From the NCBI GenBank assembly GCA_965644265.1, contig OZ286476.1, forward strand, positions 18,848,001 through 18,912,000: a DNA stretch of 64,000 nt, written 5' to 3'. The first letter of the stretch is position 1. The number at the start of each line of letters is the position of its first letter. The notes under the pieces are model-generated. The model was not told the DNA's origin. It did no database searches and worked only from the letters and a program-made list of their open reading frames with translations. Origin of the DNA: Glycera tridactyla (lineage: Eukaryota). This document shows positions 1 to 13,859 of this stretch, piece after piece. A program made the position numbers and the translations under genes.

Positions 1-2110
1 TCAATGTCTGCAGAGTATGACATTACCATGTGTTCGAAATGAATAACGCTCTCGCTATTCAAAAATTCTCAAGATGGTTGCCTGATTGTATTTGAATTTT
101 GTTTGAAACGATTTCATTTCACATACGTATGGACAAACGAGTCGTGTTACATGCTAACGTGGGTGAAAGTCTGATTGCCAAATATTCATCATACAAATAT
201 AAATGGGAATGAACTTGAAGTTGAACATTATTGTGTGTTATGAAGGGGTCAACTAGTAAAAGTTGCTGGTGATGGTGATTCATATTTCTTTCCAACATTA
301 TATCATATCATACAGTTGAAAATTATTTGTTCGATTTGAAACTTATTTTCATTTTTTATGGACAATCTTTTCATTTTTTATGGACAATCAAACCATATAA
401 CAATGTTCGTTTACAGAGTGACGATAGGAGAAGGGTAAAGAAAGATGTGTGGATGGATGGATGAGTGGATGACTGGCCAATGACTTCTGATTCATGATAG
501 CAAATCAATGCAAGAATAATACTGTTAGAGATCAATGATGAAATGCCATCCAGACCACAATGTGGCTCAGCCTTATAATTGAACACAAAAGTTCATTCAT
601 ACATCGTGTTTGAGACACCAGATTGACATTTCCGAGCACGTCTTGCCCGAACCGTCTAATGTCCTGTGGAGACGAACGGAGATTCCAAGACTTGTTGGCA
701 CTGCGATAAAATGTCATTACACTCCTATCATTTCATGTCGGAGGTATTCAAGAATCATGAATTCTTGCTCTGATATATCACACAGGTCTTGTCAACTGGT
801 ACTTCTGCCTATATATGACGTAATATTGTGAACTCGGTGCCCCATGCCCCCTGCACCTCCACCAAACAAACAGACTGATGGAGGTGGCATGGCCTCAGAC
901 TGTGTGAGAACTACTTATCTGCTTACGTACTGCCATCGATCCTGTAATGTACACAGAAATCGACTAAAAGCTCCCCAACACTCTTTCTATTAACCCTCGT
1001 CTACTCACATATGATACANNNNNNNNNNNNNNNNNNNNNNNNNNNNNNNNNNNNNNNNNNNNNNNNNNNNNNNNNNNNNNNNNNNNNNNNNNNNNNNNNN
1101 NNNNNNNNNNNNNNNNNNNNNNNNNNNNNNNNNNNNNNNNNNNNNNNNNNNNNNNNNNNNNNNNNNNNNNNNNNNNNNNNNNNNNNNNNNNNNNNNNNNN
1201 NNNNNNNNNNNNNNNNNNNNNNNNNNNNNNNNNNNNNNNNNNNNNNNNNNNNNNNNNNNNNNNNNNNNNNNNNNNNNNNNNNNNNNNNNNNNNNNNNNNT
1301 CTGTCTGTCAGTCCGTTTATCTTTCTATTAGTTTGTCTGTCAATCTGTCTGTCTGTCTAATAATCAATCCATCCACATCCATCCATCCATCTATCTAACC
1401 TGCATTCTATCTATTCATCTATCTGTTCATCTATAAGTCCATCGCTCTACGCACACAAACACAAACACACTTACATGGACCAGGCAGAGACTCTTCAGCA
1501 CCGCATATATTCAGGTGAAGCTTCTATATGTATGCCACACCTAGGCCTGTGCCTGCCAGGGTGTCAACATTATGCCCGGAGGTGTATATTGGTTGACTAT
1601 GGAGGTACGTTGATGGAATTAGGTGCTTTCGACCAAGAATTCTGTGCTGTTAGACATGATGGATCACTGCCTACAGGGCTAATTTGACATGTGTTACGCG
1701 GACCTAGCGCTAAGCCATGTCAGGTACAAGGATCAGGTAAAAAATCATGGTGAGACTACTACCAGCCAGCCAGCAACTGGCTAGGTAATTGAGCCAAGTC
1801 TGGCATGCACCAAATATCTTCAGTCACTTCACACCTTGCACAGAACCACACTGCTTCCCAGCATATCGTGTATCATGATCAAAATGTTGCTCCAAACAGC
1901 ATTAGGTGTCGATGAAGAGAACATAGAAAAAATACGGGGCCTGAAGCACACCATCAAACTACTACTTGTGTTTTGGGAGTTTAATGAGAGATCCAATAAT
2001 GATGAGGTAGCGTACTGACTCTGATATTCTAGATACGTCATGGTATAGTGAATAATGATCCGACACTAACAGTTCAGTCCAACTTCCTTATGACGGCACT
2101 ATCGAGGGCA
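1..2110 (+). repeat. Segmental duplication unit 1, left part (paralog of ~32838-35222)
   Basis: Colinear matches, e.g. 4-19 with ~32838, 78-93 with ~33320, 854-971 with 33989-34106, 1470-1820 with 34505-34850, 2020-2110 with 35140-35222. Confidence 0.88.
380..800 (-). pseudogene. Decayed TIR-domain remnant (TLR-like)
   Basis: Frameshift-stitched pieces in TIR order: PQDIRRFGQDVLGNV (RDF.PG.DI..NI-like), TFVFNYKAEPHCGL (S..Y..S.WC-like), MAFHH, IILALI, SSLCKRTLL (KRTYL.W-like). Manual reading only. Confidence 0.5.
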
Positions 2111-2111
2111 T

Positions 2112-2440
2112 CATTCCATACTGGACCTGCATCATTACACAGATCTGTATGATCTGCGACACTCACTGAGGGGGCACTTCTGCGTGGTGGTAAGCGAGTG
2201 GAACCTCTGTACTCCACCACTTCACTTCACCCAGGTGTGAATGGGTACATGGCATATAGGCAGTGATTGTGATGGTAGAGTGCTTATCTCTTGTAGTTGA
2301 TTTTTTTTCTGTGGTCATATACTGCTCAGGGAGATAAGCATTGCTCAAGGTTCAACAGGCTTGCCGAGGAATGTATTTGTAAAGTCGGGTGAATTTGCTG
2401 ATGATACAAGACTGTGGACCACTACATTTACATTTCCAAC
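2112..2440 (-). repeat. Conserved element Z, copy 1 (3'-truncated at the 2110 junction)
   Basis: Shares ccattcacacctgggtgaagtgaag and cagatcatacagatct with the four other copies. Confidence 0.85.
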
Positions 2441-2544
2441 AGAAGTGATAGATAATCTGGCGTATGGCTGATAAAATTATCCAAACACAGTTTATGACAC
2501 AGGAAATAAAAACATGTATATTTTTGATACATGTAAGCCATTGA

Positions 2545-3445
2545 TCAATACATCATCCCAAGCAAGCCATCGGCTGATATCATTAACACTATTTTGTTTC
2601 AGTTAATCAGGGGACTCATTAGCTGATTCTTAATCAGTATATTGGGAAATGTGCACTTTGTTAGTTACTTCTGATGTTATGGATGACCTATAGATCACAG
2701 AAAGTGGAAGTCACCTCACTGCAAGTGCAACATTTTTGCAAAATATAGCAAGATATTCTTGTCGAAATATATTCTGTTCTTCTCTTCACAGCATGCCTTC
2801 ACAAGAGTCTTAAGATATGTCTGTGGTGTGTAGAGCTGCATCGGGATTGCCAGCTACTTTTACCTTCTCTGGTCTCGCAATCTTGTATTCTTGATTTGTG
2901 GGAATGGTTGCCTGTGGGGTGAATGGCAACTTGTATACATAGGACAGAAACCCATGTCATTAGGGCATGCATGTGGAGGATCCCATCACCAAGGGAACTC
3001 GTTGTTGGAATATGACTGAGTCGTTTTCACATAACAGTTTTGGTACTAGGTTCACCATACGATTGCGCGATGAAGCAAATGTAATTTCGATGGTCATGTT
3101 ATTTTCATTGTGAAGCTACATTGGCTGCATTCACGGTCATTTTCCCTACAGTCATGTCACTGGATTCCAGACCAATTGTGAAATTGTGAGAAAATTCGAA
3201 CAAATGCAACAATTGGCTACAAAATTGAAACCCCCTTAAGTACATCGTATTTGAAGATTGGTTGATTATAAGATATGATGACAATTCAGAGTGATTTTAT
3301 CGAAGACATTTTTGAGAAGCAGATTGCCTTCTAATGTTTATGGTATGATTCCAAGTTCGATTTTTTGATATGAAGAAAGGTTCTTATGTCCTCTTCGAAT
3401 TACTTGACAGGTCAAATCAAAATGTTCGAGTTCAAAAGTACATTT
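2545..3445 (-). pseudogene. Decayed LRR plus TIR (TLR-like) remnant
   Basis: Removing a tttga duplication near 3420 restores LEHFDLSSNS; TLEGNLL follows. TIR-like pieces: HHRHIL, AVKRRT...SCYILQKCC..SE, RWLAWDD (2551-2570). Confidence 0.45.
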
Positions 3446-6326
3446 GTTTCAGATTGTGGCAGCTGTGAATGTGAACCCGGCCTAATGATCACGTGGATGG
3501 AAGTGGATCTTCATGTGCGATGACTAAATCAACTGTCACTAGTATGATTGTCATAGCCACGCTCGGTTTGACCACTGACACCAATCCAAACACCACTACC
3601 ACCACAACCAAGATCACCAGTGGCAACAATCCCTTTCAAAGGCTTCAAAAAGGCCTCGAACGTTTTATTTCAATACGAGATGAATCACACAACATTCGAG
3701 GTGAAATATATCAGCCCCTGCTGGATGTTGGTAAATTAAATCGGTGGAAACAACATCACAGTTATCACCACTACCAAAACCAACACCTCTACCTCCACTA
3801 TTACCACCGGGATGGCCACCATCACCATTGCCGAAGCATTCAACACCACAATAGCCAACTCGGACTACACCATCATGTAGCATCAGACGTGCATCAAATG
3901 TCAATCAACCAGGACAATTCCCAAGACAGTCATCAGAAGGACGATGAATATTCACCTAATGAAAAATTGAATGACAAAACGACCTTGGCAGGTTCAACAC
4001 TTTCTTTTCACATTCATATTTAACAGAACTCGAGTGCTTTCAAATGATCCAAACATACAATAGACACTTCGGAAAGCAGGCAGCAAAAACAGAGTGATAA
4101 AAACCTTTGTGTATCTCTCAGAGCTCTTTAAGCTCGGTTATGTCTTTGCAGTGTTGAAACACCAACCCTTCATTGCATGGAGTGTCTCTGAGTGCCTCTT
4201 TCACTATTGCCTCTCACATCTGAGAGCTTCTGAATAGCAATTTCATATAGCCTTCAAAAGCGCCCATCTTGCAATTTCGCCATAGACACTATCTTGGATT
4301 CTCAAACGATATACTCACTGCGTCGTTGGGCCCCATAACAGCCATTAAATTCAGCCTTCAAGGACGTCTACACCACCGTTGTATTCAACACTTCCAATGC
4401 CATCTACTGTACAACACTATTTGGGACTGTTTCTACAAGCATTGCATTTTGCCCCCCCCCCCACCGACCATAGCAGCAATCGGCCATTGCATTCAGTCTC
4501 GAAGGCGACCTATAAGGCTTCACAAGGCTTCATATTGATTCATTGCAAAAATGTGATAAAACAATACATTTCCATTTCTATATGGAACTACACAAGCATA
4601 CATTGTTTGAACAAATACATACATCAAAGAGTTGCTCACGACAGAGATAATTCAAATTAGCATGGCGACAACCATAGCATACGGATTGGCATGCAGGCAC
4701 AGCATGCGACACGCAGGGGCTCGGCATTTCACTGAACATCTTTGAAACTATCACATCAACATGGATACAAACATACAGTTTGGATAACTTGATGCTTAAA
4801 AAACGTTAAGTACCTAGAGCTCTTAAAGTACTTGAGAAGACTGCCCCTATAGTTTATAGGTGCCGAGGCTCAGATGTAATTGAGATTTGACTGAATATGA
4901 ATTCAAGTATAAATTGAAATCTGAATAAATAAGGTTCTAGTATAGACTGCGCATATTTTTTAATGTAGCTTGGCACGCTGGCAGAGATGGTCACATAAAA
5001 GAAAAAGCTATACCAGAGTTAGCTTCTACATTTCGCGGCACCTGTACTAAACATCATGTCTGGCTGAAAAGTCGTTAGACCAGACTCAATCAATCAAGCA
5101 CCCGGATATTCAGGTGCGTCCCACAGTAGCAAACCCGTAACAGAAATGACAGCCCACGTGTCTGTGAATCTCTTACATTTTCTCCTCCTGTAAGAGCCCC
5201 AGACCATAGGAGGGAGGAGTCTTGAATGATCCCGACCATGCCCATTGCATGGGCGTCACAATTTAGCACAGATGGAGCTGACCTGACGTTATACTCCCAA
5301 CAAAACAAACAGTTAGCTCACTATCGCAAACAGAATTTCTTGCAGTTTGTTTTCACCTTGTCATCATCACTATTGTAATACACATATTAGTGCCCATATA
5401 TTGGCTTTTCAGTGATTCTGTCATCACACATATTTTTGAGCACCCAAATTATCATCGCATTATATACCTCAGCCTGCAAGTGCCAGCATCATGATAAGAA
5501 TCTCACTGCACATAAATTACCCTTCGACCATTCAGTCTGTTTGCCTATGTTGCAATCACAATTAGCCATCCATTTCCATATCCTTGGCTCTACATATTCC
5601 TATATGAAATAATTATGCAGATTGGAATTGTACGGTAAACAAGCAAAGAGGACAAGATCTTCGCTTGTACTAGGAAATGAGAGACAGATAGCAGTAGGTA
5701 GGATAAGGTGTGGAAGAAGTATATCTATTCATCCTGGGGAGGATAGTAGGATGGATGAATGCTTGGTTGAATGGGTGAAGAGACGGATATATTGATAGAT
5801 GGATTGGTGGTTAGATGGATGGATGGATGAGTCGGTTGGTGAATGGGTGGTTCTTTGGATGTGTGGTTAGGCATCTGGGTGGATGGATGGATGGATGGAT
5901 GGATGGATGAGAGATAGATACATCTCTCATTAGACGCAACCAGAATGTTGGTTCATTTTACGTGATTCATATATATGGCATTGCATAATTGCGATATTGC
6001 ATCATGCCTCTCAGGTGCCACACTATATATCATATGGTGGTGATCATTGACAGATATAGAGTGTTGATGTGACTCAGTATGTGCATTTTCTACAGTCCTT
6101 CTGTGTTAAGTACCGTCGGTATCGGAAACATATTGCTTGGGGGATTTCTATATATTAGTAGATCAGTATATAGTCGCCGTCATAGCAAAGCAGAATACGT
6201 GAGTATCCAGGGAATACAAATATATCAGGATTTTAACAGTGACGGAGCCATGGCAAATTAAACTTGCATGGGTACAATGCAGAGGATTGAAGAGCTAATT
6301 TCCAGATATATGAAGATATGTAAGAG

Positions 6327-6390
<64 letters not shown>
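6327..6390. repeat. (GACA)n microsatellite
   Basis: 16 perfect units. Confidence 0.98.
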
Positions 6391-6392
<2 letters not shown>

Positions 6393-6889
6393 GAGAGACA
6401 GGTTGATGGATGAGAATTTGGTTAGATGGACAAAGACACTCTCACAGCTTCACTTTCTTCCTATGTTTTTTGATAGCATTTGACAAAAAAAGAATGTGCG
6501 CCTTCTATACCGCTTATCCTACTGGCTTATAAGATCATAATCTGTTTGCTCACGTCATTATCTTTTAATACTGTATCACAAGTGGGTGATTACGTCATCA
6601 ATCTCGTGATCGAGCAGTTCAGCTCTGACAGATATTGACATGCTCATCTGAAATCAATCCATTATCATCGACCTGATTTACCGTTAATACCATCAGCAAA
6701 CAACCAAGTCATAACTTCAACGGAATACTATATTTATGTCTTACCAGTAGAGTCTGTGTGAAATCATCCAAAATCATCACGACTTCCAATGCCAGTAATG
6801 CAAGAAAATACAGTACTCTGATATGACATTTTCGAAATGAGTGCAGTCTACCTGTATGTGACTCTCCTGTGAAGATGCCAGTAATTTCG

Positions 6890-7000
6890 ACGACAACGAC
6901 GATGACGATGGTGATGATGATGATGATGATCATCATCATGATGATCATGATGATCATGTTGATCCTGATCTTTATCATGATGATCATGATGATCACGATT
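6890..7000. repeat. GAC/GAT/ATC triplet and ATGATC self-complementary repeat
   Basis: Directly visible. Confidence 0.9.
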
Positions 7001-7719
7001 GTCATGCATATCCTTCTCTTGTTTTTGTTTTGAACTTTTAAGTGTCTGTCAGTAACACATTTGATGTTGCTGAATCGATCACAATGCCCACAGAATCCAG
7101 GATAGCGAACCATTATTGCAACTGGTTTGGTGCCGTTACTATTTTCCTATCAGTGGACAGAGACGGATATTGCATTGATGTTGACATTGTTATGACTGTG
7201 TCAGATTGTCACAACTGTGGACTGGGACATTTCCATCTAGATTGATACCACATTAAAGTGTGTTATTGCCTCATATCACGACAGCAGCGAGCACTATTTG
7301 ACGACGTTACCCTATATCTGACCGAGAATAATACTATGATGGTATCTGTCTTACACTGGCTATTCCGCCATTCTTGTGAACTTTTTTCAATCAGTTCCAT
7401 CCAGGGTAGAGCTGCAAAAAAGCTCGACTTTTTTCAATCACCATCATCAGAAATATTTGTCTCAGTGTGTATAAAGACGCCTTCATTCATATTCCAGAAC
7501 TGCTTCCTCTCACTATTCTAATGTTTTTTATCAGCCATTTTAGATAGATTTCCACAGAGGTTTATGCGAGATATAGAAACTAAATCTGTCGATCTTGCAC
7601 TTGTCAAATTCAATCACATTTTGCAGCGATAATTGACCTCGAATCAATCACAAAAAAGGTTAGGCAACCATTTTGGATGTCTGAAGAGAGTGGAGGTGTC
7701 CTTGATTTATGAGTGCGGG

Positions 7720-7965
7720 GATAATGTGTGCTTTGCACTAGGTTATTCATCTTCATTTGTGAGGTGGTGGTGATAGAGAGATGTACAAATAAATCCGCTC
7801 TCACACTGACAACTCTGTTGACACCATGCAGGAGATCAGAATTCAAATCCAGAACAACGAATCAGATGATTGGCCTAATGGGTATATAATTTGCACTCTT
7901 CGATCGTGCATCTTGAAATACAATTCAATTCTGACAGAAGTAGTTTTCAACCTATGCACACCCTT
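7720..7965 (-). pseudogene. LRR-like remnant (duplicate at ~49740-49985)
   Basis: YLFKGVHRLKT, VVLDLNSDLL (VVLDLHSDLL in the copy) and NRIVSVKADLFVH resemble LxxLxLxxNxL repeats. Confidence 0.38.
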
Positions 7966-9419
7966 GAAAAGATAAGTTCACAAATGAGTCTATGACTTGG
8001 ACTTAATGACGCTTGTCTATTGTTTGCTGGTGGCTGTCAGCGGGATAATTACATATAGAAGTGGATTCATAGTGTATGGTCATGTGTTAATGGTGCATGG
8101 CTATGGGTTGATTGAAATGACTGCGATGCTTTCTGCACACGAAATACAACTATTGAACCCTATGCGTCTCAGGGTGATCGTCTAGGGCTAATATATGCGA
8201 CTCTGAATGCTGAGCAGTCTGCGAACTTGTCTGTGTCAGTATCCATTTTTCGCAACAACTCTTTGAGGTAGGTGAGGGGCTGTTTCCTAATGCCCGCTGT
8301 CGTCTTCAGGTATTATTAGTCTCAATGATTTTCCAACATCAACCGCCAGAATTGGCTGGAGATCGATCAGTGAAGCAAGCACATCCCCTCTCCACTTCAA
8401 CTCCTGTTAGGTGTTGCAACCAGGTGATTCTGTGAATTTTCGGCAGGGGTATGCTCAACGCATGTAAGATCGGTATTTGCGGCAGTTGCTATCGGTTGCG
8501 TTGCCTTCACTGTCACTTGTATACACAGAGTCATGTGAATTGTCGCTATTTTTCTCCGTTTGGGTCGATTATTGTCACTGAATAAGCTGTGGGATAAAAA
8601 ACAAGAACCAATGGGGGATCTCCGACGCCCATTGATTCTTGTCATAATCTTGATAGCTATTTTCACGAACTGATTCATCCCTGTCTTGTGTTCAGGGTCT
8701 ATGGGAGTGTGTTTTCAAGAAGTAATACATCGAGCACCCATGGGTGTGTAACATACAGCGTGCACCCATCTCATCGACTGTTGAGCACTCAAAAAGAGTA
8801 ATTGTGAATGGCTTCTCCCCATACCAACCATAATGTTTCGTGTCAGGATTTCTGATCTAGTCTCGTACCAGCTATTGACTAATTTATGTATCGACTCCAT
8901 TTGAAGAAGGGAATACATTTTTCAATACAACTGTGATTTATCAGGAGGGTGAGACGAGTTGGATACGAAGGACTGTAGAGTTGTGAATCTACATGAACCG
9001 ATATGACGAGGCAGGTACGTAAAATGAATTAGCGGCCTCACAAAATAATAAAACAGATGAAAATTAATCACTCTCCCGCTGGAAGACATCATTCAATGAT
9101 ATTCCAGTCGGATACTTATATAACTTGGTAATTTTGTTTGTGCGATATCAACATCCATGTCTCCCATTATGCGTTCTGTGACTCAAATTATGGGGTCATC
9201 GCGGATGTCACATACATCTGATCTCTTTGGAATTGTGTGGTGATGTCAATGATGGTGGTCATCACGAATATTATTGTCTTTGGCATGGCAATGCTAAGCA
9301 ATAATGCCGACCTTTGAAAACCTTCGCCATATTTCCCAAGATGGTATACCAGTCAGAATTGATTGATAGATTGATTGATTGGTCATTGGTTGATTGATTT
9401 ATTAATCAATAGAGCCAGG

Positions 9420-10030
9420 TACAGATCATCGTTTCTCTCAGATTATGAAACATTCTCCCACCAATACAATATCTTTGTGAGAACATTTTTCGAAGCAGGT
9501 GTCACCGAAAGTAGGTACAGGAAGATCAGCACAAGAATGGAGGAGTTCCATGGACAACGCTCTCTTACTTTTGGTATCATAGACGTTGATTTTTCAAACT
9601 TGCTTCATGCTAAGTTCATGTGAGTCCAGTAAGTGTAGCGAGTGTGGCGTTGATCAGATATCAGGTTCTGATGTTCCTAGCTTACCTTATGGTTGGTATA
9701 TGTGAGTACAGTAGGAGTAAGTAGCTTGTAGTGGGTGGTGTGTCAGAACTTTATATTTCAAGCTTGCCTAATGCCTGGTACCTGTGAGTGCAGACATTTA
9801 GATAGCATGACATTGGTCGGATGTCAGAGCTTTATGTTTCAAGCTCACTTCATGCTTGGTACATGTGGGTACAGTGAGAGTAGAGAGTATGGCGTTGGTT
9901 AGATGTCACAGCCTGATATTTCAAGCAAACATAATGCTCGGTACGTGTGGGTGCAGTATGCTTGGTACATGTAGGTGCTGTAAGTCTAGGCAGCATGGCG
10001 TCGGTGAGATGTCAGAGCTCGTTACGTAAG
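9420..10030 (-). repeat. Degenerate ~81-bp tandem repeats, possibly a fossil LRR array followed by an LRRCT-like PWN motif (duplicate ~51430-51980)
   Basis: The unit tgtcagagctttatgtttcaagc recurs near 9657, 9741, 9821, 9903 and 10010. Minus-strand reads LTG.RH..SLKYK.LT, then RCPWNSS. Confidence 0.5.
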
Positions 10031-13000
10031 CCCACCCATCACCTAGATGTCCTTCAGCACTGACAAGAAATCACGCCCCCTCCATAGTCCTCTAACATTG
10101 CTTTCCTATGATTACATCCCCGCCTTTCCTTGACCTTCCACAAGCAGACCCGAGAGACTTCTCATTTTTATCATATACAATCGAAAAGATTGAATATGCC
10201 ACCTCTCTACGAACCAAGTCACCCAAAAGCCACTCACTGTAAAATTTGCTTGCGAATTTGCATATGCCATCATCATCATCTAATTTGTTCTTTCCTGGAT
10301 TGCAAACATTCCATCATCATCACCAACTTCGTCGTCATCGTCGTCATTGTCGTCATCTTTGGTCATCTGCATCGAAAAGAACCCTGCAATTTTACGAGAT
10401 TGTTTGTCCTGCTTGATATGTGTTGTCAATGATCTGAAATTGATTATATTAATTCTGAATACGCAATACGAATCAAATTATGGAAGGCTATATCGTGGCT
10501 TACAGTATGCTATCCAACATACATTCTTCCTACATAAATTCTCAGCAGATTCTTCTTAATGAAGAGTGCAGACCATACTGACCTGAGTGACGACACAGCT
10601 CCAATATCAAATGCTAAACTTTGATTCCTCTGGTCACCCGTCCAAGTCAAACCTTTTTACGCCATTGCATAACAATTCTGTTAGGTGAAGAACTCAAATA
10701 TTTGCATACAACTCACACTGCAAGTAAACCAGATGACATAGTAAATGTTATTGAAGAATTGTTTTGTATTCTATAAACTTTATTTCGATTCATAAAATAT
10801 TCATCAAGTATGCAGTTTGTAGTTAGCGATGGAGTTGTTTTTTCCAGCATACAAGAAAGAATAGGAAAATTATTAACAAAACATCATGAACCTATCACCA
10901 AAGTTTATGCTCGTACTTCCCTTTTGCAAAAGAGGAACATTCATGCATCAAGTGACAAACAAGCTTATAGATGCATACACACTCGCATTCATATCTCAAA
11001 ACAAACACCACTTTCTCGCCCAGTCCCATGCACACACATACACACAAACACACACACATCCATATCCATGATGAAAAACCAGCGCTCAGATTCATAACAT
11101 CAAGAGCATCCAAGCTGCAAACCCTGTCTCGACCAGATGATGATGATGATACAAGGCATTTATTTGGTTCAGTGAACGTGGGAGTATTCACAACGTCATT
11201 TTTTTCTCAATGTCATTGTATAGTATCTCAAACCCGGGTAATGCAGACCTCTTCTCGTTGTCGGAGAATATAAATAAATCATTGTTATCAATTATTTGTT
11301 ATCTATAAGCAGATAAGTGACCATCTGATAAACATTTCATGAGACCCACATAACTATAAACCACCGCAATACTAGTATCGCCCTCTCCCTGTGGAAGTCA
11401 TATACAACGTTTTTTTCTCTATTCTCTATTTGTAGGTGAGATTGAGTGGCTCTCAGACACATGGGCGGGGTAAGTACATACTAGAAGACCCCAGTCACGA
11501 TGCTGGTCCATATTTGTTTGACCACAAATGATACATAGGAAAAGCGAGCGTAGCATATGGCTTGTAAAATCATAACTAGATATATGCGAGCTGTGGGCAG
11601 GCAGGGCAACCACTGCCAAGGTACATCATCATCGTGCTGACAAAGTGCTGACTTCTGATGTGAAGACAGGGACAACACTGGTACTCATACTCCTCCATCT
11701 GTTCTTCCTATATAAGGCTTCATAAACATCTATTAGCAAAATGTATTATACATACATTTCCATTCAACAAGGTTACAGACAATAAAATGGTATACGATAG
11801 ACAAATATTGACTCGGAGAAATAATGCAAAAAATGGCATTCGGATTTGTTGATGGTTATCAAGGTTGTGGCTATATATGAGTGACACGTTCAGGTATACT
11901 TGTGGCATTTCACTGAGCATCTTCCATCACACATACTCTGATGACAAAAATGAATAGGGCTGTGCTAACTAGGACTGAGTTGGACTGTGGTTACACGAGA
12001 GTGTGCCTAACTTATCAAGGATAAGTATAGGATAAGCACAAATCAGAATAGATGTGAATATTCTCGTGAACAATATGTATACTATGCTGGGTTTGGGCAT
12101 AATGGTCTCTACCATGAGATATGTGTGAATTATGTCTTGTCCGGGGTTTGCAGCAAGGGCAGATGAACTTGAAGGCGAAAGCCTGCAGTAGGGCTCAAAG
12201 TAGGGCAGAGAAATTCTGAGAGTGGAAGACTCAGATTGTCCTGCCTTTGTCACTGAAGAACAAGTCATATTTCATCACAAAGCCAAGAGCATCCAGCTTA
12301 TATGTATTCATATATATGTTATATATGTTATATATATATTTATTTATTCATTTATTTATTTATATATCTTATATCTATTTGTAGCATATATGCATGAACT
12401 TCAAAGATGCAGAAGCCAAGGAAATGGTGAATATTGAGCAAGTGTCATTCCTACTGTTTCAGAATTGCCAACATGCTCTGAACAGGTTGTTAATTTCAAA
12501 AAAGTGAACTCATCCTTGCAAGACCACAGCATTGATCACATATTTTTATGAATGGAAAATACCATGATAGCAACACATGGTGACTTCGTGCACTCTTACA
12601 TATTTCAACCAGGGTGTCTTCAAATCATGTATATTGTTGTCATCTAGTTAGAAGAAGGTGAAGTCTTCGCTCTCAATTCAACAATCAATCTAATGCCATA
12701 TACAAAATATGTGAATCCATGTGAGATGCTTGCTTCACTCTTAATAGCAGCAGTAAAGTAAAACGATTGCTATCAGTATGTCTTCAATGAGCGATGGATT
12801 GACAGACACAGACAGCCTAGCAAGATTCCTGCATTCATGACATCTGGTGGTAAATCCTGATTCGTTGTCGAGAAGCTGTGATGTGGAAGGTGCTTCATCA
12901 TGAAAAGGAGTTTCACAGACGATTTCGCCGCCTGGCAACAAAGATATATGGTGCTATGAATATGGTGAACAACCATACCGGAGTGTAGTTAAGGAGTAGG

Positions 13001-13859
13001 GGGAGAATTCAAGGTGCTTTAATCAGAGTATATCAGCATGACGATGGCAATGTATGCATCCGCTAGGGATCATTACAATAATTGGTATTGCACTTTTTCT
13101 GATGCCATCCTCCATAGTTATCCAAAGCTTGGTCTAACCCCATTCAGGCTGTTCATTTTTACCGGCTTCAAGAATGTCTGGCGCGCCTCTTTTGGTGAAC
13201 ACTGTTGAAACAGATGGTTCAACAGAATTATAAATAGTCACTCGGTGTATGGTCAGATGAATGGATGAATGTATAGANNNNNNNNNNNNNNNNNNNNNNN
13301 NNNNNNNNNNNNNNNNNNNNNNNNNNNNNNNNNNNNNNNNNNNNNNNNNNNNNNNNNNNNNNNNNNNNNNNNNNNNNNNNNNNNNNNNNNNNNNNNNNNN
13401 NNNNNNNNNNNNNNNNNNNNNNNNNNNNNNNNNNNNNNNNNNNNNNNNNNNNNNNNNNNNNNNNNNNNNNNNNNNNNNNNNNNNNNNNNNNNNNNNNNNN
13501 NNNNNNNNNNNNNNNNNNNNNNNNNNNNNNNNNNNNNNNNNNNNNNNNNNNNNNNNNNNNNNNNNNNNNNNNNNNNNNNNNNNNNNNNNNNNNNNNNNNN
13601 NNNNNNNNNNNNNNNNNNNNNNNNNNNNNNCATAGAATCATTATGCTCAGCATCTAATCTGCACAGAATTTTGGGGCCTGCCTACCTAGCCGCTCAACTG
13701 GAGAGGCCATCCAGTTCATATGCCCCATTAGCAACCCCCTGCACGGATCCTCCAAATATTGTTTGATTCCACCAACGCCCTGCGATGAATGAACTCCTGA
13801 ACTCCGCAGAGTGGTTCACAATCATAATTGTGATTATATACAATTTTATAATGATTGGC

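Noticed and set aside
2380-2420. EFADDTRLW on the + strand resembles the non-LTR RT FADD motif
   Set aside because: The other Z copies read LAKDT or FAEDT, and the spacing to the upstream QGS is about half the usual, so it is likely coincidental.
3493-4023. 176-aa His/Thr-rich ORF
   Set aside because: Driven by CAC/ACC low complexity; the paralog at 44767-45129 is frameshifted and stops early.
6746-6850. Possible minus-strand exon with a gtaag donor and hydrophobic reading (RVLYFLALLALEVVMIL)
   Set aside because: No partner exons or recognisable product; present three times only because of the duplications.
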